Of a stretch of 24,000 bases of DNA, positions 16,750 to 24,000 are shown one piece after another. The translations under genes were made by a program, and so were the position numbers. This stretch comes from Bifidobacterium canis (lineage in GTDB: Bacteria; Actinomycetota; Actinomycetes; Actinomycetales; Bifidobacteriaceae): assembly GCF_009727065.1 (NCBI RefSeq), contig NZ_WNLP01000010.1, positions 69,770-93,769 of the forward strand, written 5' to 3'. A model generated the notes under the pieces. That model saw nothing but the letters and a program-made list of their open reading frames with translations. It was not told the origin of the DNA and ran no database searches. Every line of letters starts with the position of its first letter. Position 1 is the first letter of the stretch.

Positions 16750-18312
16750 ATGACAAGCAGGAAATGGCAATTGGCGGCCGGGCTTACCGGACTGGCGCTG
16801 TTCGCGTCGATCGGTGTGGGTGTGGCGCCCGCCATGGCGGCGGACATCCCCGCCGGCACCGACCAGTTGACGATCACCGCCGGTCAGGGGTCCACGTTGG
16901 CGGGCAAGAACCTGACCGTGTACCGCATCGCCGAATACCCGGATGTGGTGATGAACGGCAACGATCTGGCGAGCCTGTCCGCCCGTTCGGTGAGCAACGC
17001 GACCGAACAGTGGGTGAAAGCCGCATTGGACGCGCAGCATGTGACCGTCAAAGCCGGTGACAACGCGGCAAGCACCCTGCTGCGTGTCACTGATGACACG
17101 AACACGGTGCGCCAACTGGCGGCCCGGTTGGCCACGAGCGTGGACGGCAAGGATTTGCAGAAGAAGACCGTGCCGGCATCCACCACGGAAAGCGTGACAA
17201 TGCAGTTGCCGGCAGGATATTACCTGGTCACGGACGCGGATGGTGTGCCGATCCTCATCTCCTCGACGGTGCGGGGCAAGAACAGTTTGAACAAGAAGCC
17301 GATCGGACGGACCACCATCAAGTCCAACGGCATCAAACCGGAGAAGAAGGTGAAGAACCTCGCCGGCCAATGGGTCGATGAGGCGTCCGCCACGAACTCG
17401 GAGACCCGCGAGTACCGTGTGCGGTTCACCGTGCCGAACGCCGCCGCCGTGCAGACCGTCACCATCGGGGACGTGATGGAGAACATGGAGTATGTGGCGG
17501 GCACGTTCCACGCGACCGTGGATGGTGCGGATGTGACCGGCCAGTTCAACACGCCAACGAAAACCAGCAACGGGTTCACCGCCACATCCAAGAACACGTT
17601 CGTCGCCGCCCATGAGGGCAAGCAGGTGACCGTCACCTACAGCACCCAGATGACCACGTTGGACAAGTCCAAGCCGGCCGTCAACAAGGTGGGTGTCACC
17701 CCCGGTTGGAAGGACGGTGTGTTCCTGGAGGGCCAGCCGAAACCCACGGTGCCGACGGTCACGACGACGCTCAACACGTACGATTTCGGGTTGCGCAAGG
17801 TGTCCGCAGGCAACACCAGCAAGACGGTCGCCGGCGCCGGGTTCAAGATCCAAAACCAGTCCGCGTTGCATCAGAACAAGTGGATGAACTGGAACGCGGG
17901 CACGAAGCAATGGTCGTACGTGGATGCGGAAAACGCGGCCACGGAGTTGAGGACCGGCGCGAACGGCGTGATCGATTTCCGCAGCCTGGGTGCGGGCACG
18001 TACCTGGTCAAGGAGACCACCGTGCCGGATGGGTATTTCACGCATATCAAACCGTCGTTCAGGGTGACGATCACGGAGGACGGCAAGGTCACTGCCGTGG
18101 GTGTCGATCAGGCGGGCCTGGTCACCGGTGTGAACAATGCGGATGGCAAGGCTGGCACGCCCATGGTGACGGTGCAGAACGTGGATAACGTGTCGCAGTT
18201 GCCGAAGACGGGTTCGTCCACGTTGGCGGTCCTGTTGTTCGCCGGCATGGCGATCGTGTTGGCCGCGGGCGCGGCGGGCATCTCCGCATACATGCTCAAG
18301 AGCCGTGCCTGA
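16750..18312 (+). CDS. LPXTG-anchored fimbrial (pilin-type) subunit
   Basis: ATG at 16750 lies 7 nt after GAAAGGA (16736-16742). Signal peptide ...GVGVAPAMA/AD. An E-box-like YLVKETTVPDGY is present. The sorting signal is LPKTG (18199-18213), then a hydrophobic stretch and the tail KSRA. Repeated beta-rich segments fit CnaB/SpaA-type pilins. Confidence 0.85.
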   Translation: MTSRKWQLAAGLTGLALFASIGVGVAPAMAADIPAGTDQLTITAGQGSTLAGKNLTVYRIAEYPDVVMNGNDLASLSARSVSNATEQWVKAALDAQHVTVKAGDNAASTLLRVTDDTNTVRQLAARLATSVDGKDLQKKTVPASTTESVTMQLPAGYYLVTDADGVPILISSTVRGKNSLNKKPIGRTTIKSNGIKPEKKVKNLAGQWVDEASATNSETREYRVRFTVPNAAAVQTVTIGDVMENMEYVAGTFHATVDGADVTGQFNTPTKTSNGFTATSKNTFVAAHEGKQVTVTYSTQMTTLDKSKPAVNKVGVTPGWKDGVFLEGQPKPTVPTVTTTLNTYDFGLRKVSAGNTSKTVAGAGFKIQNQSALHQNKWMNWNAGTKQWSYVDAENAATELRTGANGVIDFRSLGAGTYLVKETTVPDGYFTHIKPSFRVTITEDGKVTAVGVDQAGLVTGVNNADGKAGTPMVTVQNVDNVSQLPKTGSSTLAVLLFAGMAIVLAAGAAGISAYMLKSRA

Positions 18313-18343
18313 CCGGCCGGCAACCTGTTGGAAAGGACTGATT

Positions 18344-20109
18344 GTGAACACCAGTACTCCTTCAAGGCTGCCCCGTTGTGTGGCCGCCATGCTCGCCTTC
18401 ATCATCGCCGTTCCTGTGGCGTTGATGGGTGTGGGTGTGGCGGCCGCCACCCCATTCGTCCCCATGGGGCATACATCGGAGGGGTTGCCTATCTATGATC
18501 TGCAGGAGACGTTGGCTCGTCCTGAGTATTCCAATGTGCAGATCGATACCACCAATGTCACCAAAGAGAACGTCATCAATGTGAATGGGTTCGAGGTGGA
18601 TACCTCGGGAACATACACTGGGTGGATCCGTTGGCGGCCAACGAAGAAAAACGCATCGCTACGCGTCACCAATATCGGCACTTACCGCACTTCTGATGGG
18701 AAAACACACCGGTTGCAGGGTGATTTCATGGTTAACGACTACCAGAAGGCCGTTTTCAGCATCGATGGCCCTGCGCAGGGTCGAATGCGCATGGCACCTG
18801 GTTCGGCGCGGGTGGCGATTATAAATACCCCGGCACTGTGGCCAAGTACATGGACTATACGTTGAGGCTTCTGGATGAAAACGGCAATCCCATGCCGGAA
18901 GACATCAAGGGATTGGCGGGTTTTCAGGATTTGGACGGCGAACCGAATAACGGGCCGAAGGAAGGGGTGCAGTTACTCGGCGGGTTCGACGGAGCTTACA
19001 TACGCCGTGACACCCATTTGGCACAGTATGGGTTCAATGGTTGGAATGGTGGCATGGACCCCAATAACAACCTGTTCGATGATCATGCCCAGAAGCATTA
19101 TCTTGGTGTGACTTTCGCTGGCAATACCTTGAAACTGAGGTATGACACCGTTGGTGGCCGCCAAGCGTCCGTCCAGCCGATCAAAGCGTTGGTGGCATAT
19201 GAGCTGAAGTACGATCCGAACGCCCCGGACACGAACAACGGTGTGCCGGCGATGAATGGGGATGGCATACCCACGCAAGGCGTGAAGAACGGTTGCCTTG
19301 CCTATTACGTGGGTGGTGACACCATCAATCTGGCGACCGGGGCCAAGGATGGCGATTGTTGGGATTCGTCCCAGTTGACCCGTCCCGGGTACACGTTCAA
19401 GGGCTGGTCCCCGGACCGGAACGCCTCTGCGCCGCAGGCGCAGATCACGATGCCGCATGAGAACACGACCGTGTATGCGATCTGGGTGAAGAATGTGCGG
19501 TTCACGTATGATGCGGACAAGCCCGCTGAATACACGGGCAGCATGCCGGGTGTGCCGGATGCGCGTGAGTTCTCCCCCGGTGCAACCGTGCCCAACACCT
19601 CCCCATGGAAGACGGGGGCCACCAACATCATCCGTGGATGGCGGTTCGATGGGTGGAGGACCGGCCGGGATGACACGTCCGCGGTGTATGGGTTCGACAC
19701 GACCCCCATCACCCAGGACACCACCGTGTACGGTTCGTGGACGCCCCTGACCATCAACCTGCATTACGACGCGAACGGTGGCGAGGGTTCGCACCCGTCG
19801 CAGAACACGCGGTGGGATACGACGGTCACCATCCCGGACGATGTGAACGGTTCGTTCCACCGCGACGGGTTCACGTTGACCGGGTGGAACACGCAGGCGG
19901 ACGGCAAGGGCACCGCGTACCAGCCGGGCAAGGGTGTGCCGATGGTCGACCATGACGTCACCTTGTACGCCCAGTGGGCGCCGCTGGCCACGACGATGCC
20001 GGAGACCGGTTCGGCCACGCTCGCGTGGCTGATTGGCGGCGGCGCATTGGTGCTGTTGATCGCGGTCGGTGCCGGTGTGTGGGTGTGGCGTATCCGCCGC
20101 AAGGCATAA
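18344..20109 (+). CDS. Cell-wall-sorted adhesin with three Listeria-Bacteroides (Flg_new) repeats and an MPETG sorting motif; one apparent frame break
   Basis: GTG at 18344 lies 6 nt after GAAAGGA (18331-18337). A signal/TM segment (AAMLAFIIAVPVALMGVGVAAA) is in the frame of track ORF 18305..18865. The rest is in track ORF 18838..20109. Adding one G at GGG (18778-18780) gives ...SIDGPAQGSNAHGTWFGAGGDYKYPGTVAKYMDY.... Repeats: GYTFKGWSPD..TTVYAIW, GWRFDGWRTG..TTVYGSW and GFTLTGWNTQADGKGTAY..VTLYAQW. The C-terminus is MPETG (19996-20010), a TM segment, then RIRRKA. Confidence 0.65.
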
Positions 20110-20143
20110 CCCCTGACCGGCAACACCTCTGGTGGCCGTGTGT

Positions 20144-20178
20144 GTGCGCCCCATGCCCGATTGCGGTGTGGGGCGCAC
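20144..20178 (+). terminator. Hairpin between the adhesin and sortase genes (weak terminator/attenuator candidate)
   Basis: 10 bp stem GTGCGCCCCA (20144-20153) / TGGGGCGCAC (20169-20178) with a 15 nt loop. There is no strong T-tract. Confidence 0.35.
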
Positions 20179-20215
20179 CCTTGTATGGGATGGGTGTGAC
20201 GTATAGGGCGGAGTC

Positions 20216-21178
20216 ATGGACAAGCAGGATGAATGGGAATGGATCGTCACCGGGCATGATCCGGCCCGCGGGCGGTGTACACGGGCCGGTGAACGGCGGG
20301 CCCGTGCGCACCGGCGCCGCCTGGTGCGGGTGTTGACCGTGGTGATGGTGGTGTGCGCCCTGTTGGGTGTGTTCGTGTTCGCGTGGATCATGGTGGAACG
20401 CCATGAGGCCGGTGTGGAGCAGGCGCGGGCGGCCGCCATGGCCGTGCAGACCGACCCGGCACGGGACCTGTCCGGTCAAGGGGACAAGTACAACCGGGCG
20501 TTGGCGTCGAAACCGCAGGTGATCGGGGAAACCCTGTCGCAAGATGGGGTGTCGGGTGATTTCTCGTTCGCCTCCGACAAGGCGTATTGGGGTGCGGTGG
20601 ATTATGGCGACGGGGTCATGGGCCAGTTGCTGATCCCCCGCATCCATGTGGACATGCCCATCAGGCATGGGGCTGACGCGTCCGCGTTGGACCGTGGCGT
20701 GGGCCATTTGCATGGCACCAGCCTGCCCGTGGGCGGCCAAGGCACGCATGCGGTGTTGACGGGGCATACCGGGGAGGCGGACAAGGCGTTGTTCAGCCGG
20801 TTGGACGAACTGGAACACGGGGATGTGTTCACGATCCGCACCGGCACCCGCACCCTGTCCTACCGTGTGGCGGACATCCGCACCGTACTGCCCCAGGACA
20901 CGAAAGCATTGCGGATAGAACCGGGACGGGATCTGGTGACGTTGGTGACGTGCACGCCGATTTTCATCAACTCGCACCGGTTGCTCGTCACCGGTGAACG
21001 CATCCCGGACGGTGAGATGGCCGCCATGCGCGCGCACGCCCCTACTGTGGCCAGCGGTGTGGACCCGGCGCGGACGGCCCGGTTGGTGGCTTTGGGTGTG
21101 GGTGTGGCGGGCTTGCCGGTGGCCGTATGCTTGTCGGCGCACCGGCATACGGGCCGGGTGGCGCACCGGAGGCGCTGA
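20216..21178 (+). CDS. srtC: Class C (pilus-assembly) sortase
   Basis: ATG at 20216. N-terminal TM VLTVVMVVCALLGVFVFAWIMV. Catalytic His region HAVLTGH. The TLVTCTP motif has Cys encoded at 20951-20953. A conserved Arg region and a C-terminal TM (LVALGVGVAGLPVAVCL) are typical of class C. Confidence 0.85.
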   Translation: MDKQDEWEWIVTGHDPARGRCTRAGERRARAHRRRLVRVLTVVMVVCALLGVFVFAWIMVERHEAGVEQARAAAMAVQTDPARDLSGQGDKYNRALASKPQVIGETLSQDGVSGDFSFASDKAYWGAVDYGDGVMGQLLIPRIHVDMPIRHGADASALDRGVGHLHGTSLPVGGQGTHAVLTGHTGEADKALFSRLDELEHGDVFTIRTGTRTLSYRVADIRTVLPQDTKALRIEPGRDLVTLVTCTPIFINSHRLLVTGERIPDGEMAAMRAHAPTVASGVDPARTARLVALGVGVAGLPVAVCLSAHRHTGRVAHRRR

Positions 21179-21290
21179 CCCCGCAGCCAAAAGGACGCAT
21201 GGGACCGGCAAGCATCGTTCACCATTGTTTTGGCATGGAAGCTCGGGGTTTTAACCCCGAGAGGAAACGCCATGTGCCTCCGCGCCTTCT

Positions 21291-21320
21291 TTAACAATAT
21301 TACGCGCGTAGTGATATAAT
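21291..21320 (+). promoter_or_regulatory. Promoter candidate inside the IS left end, implying a leaderless tnpB mRNA
   Basis: -35 TTAACA (21291-21296), an 18 nt spacer, then -10 TATAAT (21315-21320). The first ATG (21319) overlaps the -10. The second ATG (21328) lies 8 nt after it, where transcription would start. Confidence 0.4.
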
Positions 21321-22770
21321 GTATCGCATGTCTCAAAAGGTCGCGATCGAACGAGTGCAGGTACGGGGCGCCATCCCATACCTCGGCACAAACACGACCG
21401 AAGACGGGCAACAAGTACCGTTGTATTCCTCCAACCCTGATATCGTGATGCGCTGGCTGTGCGACGGGTGGCGCTGCCGGTACAACCAACTGCGTTCCCG
21501 CCGGCAAAAATGGGACAAGACCAGACAAGCGCTTATCCCGTTGGGTGACGAGCCGGACATGCGCGCCGACAAGCAAGCGAGAGCAGAATGCTCATGGCTC
21601 GCCGCGATTCCCGCGATGATCCTGCAATCCCCGAACCGTATCGAGAACACCGACTGGTGGAGCGCGAACAAACGCAGGAAGACCCTGCGCAAGCAACACC
21701 GGAACCCGGGCATGATGCCACGGTTCAAAAGCCGCCGTGACGATCTGTATTTCGTATGCTGGCACAACAGGGGCATGAACGCGAACTGGCGCCAGTTCAA
21801 CAAGCACCACGGGGAAATCATCATCACCGGGCAGAACCCCAAGCCGGTCAACCTCGCAGGGCAACCTTGCCGGTACCGTATCCACATCCGTGTGCGCGTC
21901 AGCCAACCGATCCGCGACTACACGAGCATCGGCGTGAACTGGACGAGGAAAACCGTCGTCTTCATCAACGAACCATTGCCGATCGCACGGGAACGCACGA
22001 ACCGCATGGTCGGGCTCGACCGTGGTGTGGCGCACACGCTCGCCACGTCCGACGGTGGGTTCATCGACCTGCCGAAAGCCCGTTTGGCCCGAATCGACCG
22101 GGAGATTCGCCGCCGTCAGAAGGCGCAGGCGCGCAGAGTGAAACTCTCCGGCGAACCCGTGAACGAATACAGACGGCATGCGAGCCGCGCATACCGGCGC
22201 ACGCAAGCGCAAATCGCCGGCTTGTATGCGAAAGCGCATCGCATCATCGACGACTGGCAGCACAAGACCACGACCGCGCTCGTACGGGCGTACGACCTCA
22301 TCGCCATCGAAAACCTCAACCTGCAAGGCATGACCCGACGCGCGAACATCAAACCCGACCCGAATCATGCCGGACGGTTCCTGCCGAACGGTCAAGCGGC
22401 GAAACGCGGACTGAACCACAGTCTACGCGCGGCCGCGCTTGGCGGCATCGCAAGCAAACTCGAATACAAGACGCAGGCCGCCGCCCATAGTCGGCTGATC
22501 CTCGTCAACCCGGCGTACACATCCCGAACATGCAGCAAGTGCGGGCATTGCGCGAAGGAAAACCGTGAGAGCCAAGCGGTGTTCCAGTGCCAACAATGCC
22601 ACACACGCATGAACGCCGACGTGAACGCCGCCATCAACATCCTCAACCGGGGTGTTGACCATGTTCTCGGCTTGGACGAAGCCGAGCGTGCCATAACGAC
22701 ACAAGACGCCCGAACCGTGCAACACGGCGAAAGCGCGATCGTGGCACGCGGAACCTCAACCCGGCCTTAA
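21319..22770 (+). CDS. tnpB: TnpB (IS605 OrfB-type RNA-guided nuclease)
   Basis: RuvC motifs MVGLDRGV, LIAIENLN and MNADVNAAINI, plus a zinc ribbon CSKCGH...CQQCH. The true start may be ATG 21328 (see the promoter feature). Confidence 0.9.
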   Translation: MYRMSQKVAIERVQVRGAIPYLGTNTTEDGQQVPLYSSNPDIVMRWLCDGWRCRYNQLRSRRQKWDKTRQALIPLGDEPDMRADKQARAECSWLAAIPAMILQSPNRIENTDWWSANKRRKTLRKQHRNPGMMPRFKSRRDDLYFVCWHNRGMNANWRQFNKHHGEIIITGQNPKPVNLAGQPCRYRIHIRVRVSQPIRDYTSIGVNWTRKTVVFINEPLPIARERTNRMVGLDRGVAHTLATSDGGFIDLPKARLARIDREIRRRQKAQARRVKLSGEPVNEYRRHASRAYRRTQAQIAGLYAKAHRIIDDWQHKTTTALVRAYDLIAIENLNLQGMTRRANIKPDPNHAGRFLPNGQAAKRGLNHSLRAAALGGIASKLEYKTQAAAHSRLILVNPAYTSRTCSKCGHCAKENRESQAVFQCQQCHTRMNADVNAAINILNRGVDHVLGLDEAERAITTQDARTVQHGESAIVARGTSTRP

Positions 22771-22832
22771 ACCGGATTGGAATCTCGGGGTTTCAACCCC
22801 GAGAGGACGTCAAAGGGAAAAGGAGGGTTGCC

Positions 22833-23231
22833 ATGATACCGGATGTGGATGTGCGGGCGTTGGACGATACGGCATTATGGGAGCGCATCGCCCGGTGCGC
22901 GCGCAGCCAGGGCATGTGGGCGCCAGATGGCGGCCGTCAGCAACGGTGAACGCGGCCCCGCCTACCGGCATGCGTTGGTGCAATGGAAGGAGGCCAGGGG
23001 GCGTATTTGGAGGCGATGGGCGAGTATGATTGCCGGACCCTCATGCACCGCTACGAGCATCTGTCCCCCAGCGAACTGGATGCGCAACTGGTGGCTTGGG
23101 ACCGGCGGGCCGCCCGGTTGGCCGGACACATGCGCACCATGGAGACGGGCGGGCGGGCATGGCGGCGTGTGCGCACGCAATGGCAGTGGGCGTGCTTGCA
23201 TGGTGAGGCGATCCGGAGCCTCCACCCATAA
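22833..23231 (+). CDS. Hypothetical helical protein with internal frame anomaly
   Basis: ATG at 22833 lies 5 nt after AGGAGGG (22821-22827) and reads MIPDVDVRALDDTALWERIARCARSQGMW, with an in-frame TGA at 22947-22949. The protein-like sequence continues in the +1 frame (QMAAVSNGERGPAYRHALVQWKEARG). It returns to the original frame at G5 (22997-23001) as AYLEAMGEYDCRTLMHRYEHLSPSELDAQLVAWDRRAARLAGHMRTMETGGRAWRRVRTQWQWACLHGEAIRSLHP* (track ORF 22983..23231). Confidence 0.4.
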
Positions 23232-23248
23232 TCCGCCATCAGATCGCA

Positions 23249-23296
23249 AACCACCCCATGTGCTTTCCCGCGGTCGGCAAAGTACATGGGGTGGTT
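23249..23296. terminator. Hairpin between convergent genes
   Basis: 13 bp perfect stem AACCACCCCATGT (23249-23261) / ACATGGGGTGGTT (23284-23296). It extends to ~18 bp with GCTTT/AAAGT (one G-U pair). GTTTGGG follows on the plus strand. Confidence 0.5.
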
Positions 23297-23330
23297 GTTT
23301 GGGAACTGTCCGCTGCGCATGGTGTGCGGG

Positions 23331-23720
23331 TCAGGGTTTGTATGGGTGGCAGTGCCACAACACGATTTCACGTTGGTTGGGCAGAAACGGTTCGGGGTTG
23401 CCCGGCAGGATGAACTCATGGTCGGGTTGGCCATGCCGGTCCCTCCACTTGTCCCACCGGCGTTGGTTGACCTCGCCCGCACGGGAGCGTTTGCGGGAGA
23501 ACAACACCACCGCCACCAGCGCGCCCACGGGGATCAGGCAATAGACGAGCCAATTGCCGGCGAACACCAACCTGAGTGCGGACGCCACGAGCGCACCCAT
23601 GGCGGCGCCACCCAACAGGAGGAACAGGTTCGTGGAGGTGATCCACACGCGGCCGCCCACATGCAGCTCGTCGACCTGTTTGACCCGTTCGCCCGACACG
23701 CGCGTCAGATCATACAACAC
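23331..23720 (-). CDS. Small two-TM membrane protein; TcpE/VirB3-like conjugation component is a tentative guess
   Basis: GTG at 23720 lies 5 nt after GGAGG (23730..23726). Sequence: MLYDLTRVSGERVKQVDELHVGGRVWITSTNLFLLLGGAAMGALVASALRLVFAGNWLVYCLIPVGALVAVVLFSRKRSR.... The short N-terminal segment followed by a hairpin of two TM helices resembles TcpE-family proteins. Confidence 0.55.
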   Translation of the reverse strand: MLYDLTRVSGERVKQVDELHVGGRVWITSTNLFLLLGGAAMGALVASALRLVFAGNWLVYCLIPVGALVAVVLFSRKRSRAGEVNQRRWDKWRDRHGQPDHEFILPGNPEPFLPNQREIVLWHCHPYKP

Positions 23721-23739
23721 GGTTTCCTCCCCGGTGTGC

Positions 23740-24000
23740 TTACAGGTGGAAGATGGCGGCGATGATGTTGAGGAGCACCTGCACGAGCGTCATCACCAAT
23801 GAGGTCAAAAACGGCAGGATCTGGGCGGGCAGGATGAAGATCAGGCCGGTGAGCATGCCGGCGATGCACCAGATGACCTTGCCGTTGCCCGCGTTCATGC
23901 TTTGGCCCACAGGGGTTTGCGGCCAGAACTTGCGGATGACGAGCAAGGCGATGGTGATGATCAGGAACACGGCGCCGATGATGATCAGCAGTGTCTTCAA
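23740..24000 (-). CDS. Small polytopic membrane protein, 5' end beyond the right edge (VirB2/TrbC-like topology is speculative)
   Basis: The open frame runs from the right edge to TAA at 23742..23740. It has three hydrophobic helices (LLIIIGAVFLIITIALLVI, VIWCIAGMLTGLIFILPA, LVMTLVQVLLNIIAAIF). It lies 19 nt upstream of the next gene on the same strand. Confidence 0.55.
   Translation of the reverse strand: MKTLLIIIGAVFLIITIALLVIRKFWPQTPVGQSMNAGNGKVIWCIAGMLTGLIFILPAQILPFLTSLVMTLVQVLLNIIAAIFHL

Larger units (their letters stand above)
21236..22807 (+). mobile_element. IS200/IS605-family element carrying tnpB only (no tnpA)
   Basis: Near-identical 30 bp direct repeats each contain a hairpin: TGGAAGCTCGGGGTTTTAACCCCGAGAGGA (21236-21265) and TGGAATCTCGGGGTTTCAACCCCGAGAGGA (22778-22807), with 2 mismatches. 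They bracket tnpB, consistent with the subterminal LE/RE hairpins of this family. Exact ends are not determinable here. No Y1 transposase ORF is present. Confidence 0.7.

Noticed and set aside
16606-21576. Minus-strand ORFs 16606..18465, 18973..20439, 19958..21211 and 20860..21576
   Set aside because: They are antisense to the pilin, adhesin and sortase genes, which carry unambiguous signal peptides, sorting signals and catalytic motifs.
21333-22725. Minus-strand ORFs inside tnpB (21333..21887, 21592..22419, 22392..22694, 22423..22725)
   Set aside because: They are antisense to an intact TnpB with all RuvC and zinc-ribbon motifs.

Overview
High-GC Gram-positive DNA (Actinomycetota-like: LPXTG substrates plus a class C sortase). 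It reads as part of a conjugative or integrative mobile element, not core chromosome. Left to right: (1) a T4SS coupling-protein-like ATPase on the minus strand that runs off the left edge and is missing from the ORF track; (2) a divergent DnaN-like sliding clamp; (3) an acidic Trp-rich membrane/coiled-coil protein; (4) a ~500 bp non-coding region packed with an 11-14 bp motif in inverted and direct copies, a putative origin or operator; (5) an 829 aa replication protein with an SF3 helicase domain placed before a Prim-Pol domain; (6) a small ORF; (7) a class II Fic protein with its own promoter; (8) a minus-strand operon of small TM protein, membrane-anchored HNH nuclease, unknown protein and gp2.5/DUF2815-like SSB; (9) a very large polytopic membrane protein, tentatively VirB6/TcpH-like; (10) a hypothetical protein; (11) a sortase-dependent operon of LPKTG pilin, Listeria-Bacteroides-repeat adhesin ending in MPETG, and class C sortase; (12) a tnpB-only IS200/IS605-family element bounded by near-identical 30 bp hairpin repeats; (13) two small membrane proteins at the right edge. 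I saw no rRNA, tRNA or CRISPR array. Five loci appear to need a one-base frame correction (seven frame breaks in all), mostly at short homopolymers, which suggests sequencing error or gene decay. Many long ORFs in the track are antisense shadows typical of high-GC DNA. All functional calls come from motif recognition by eye; no database search was possible.
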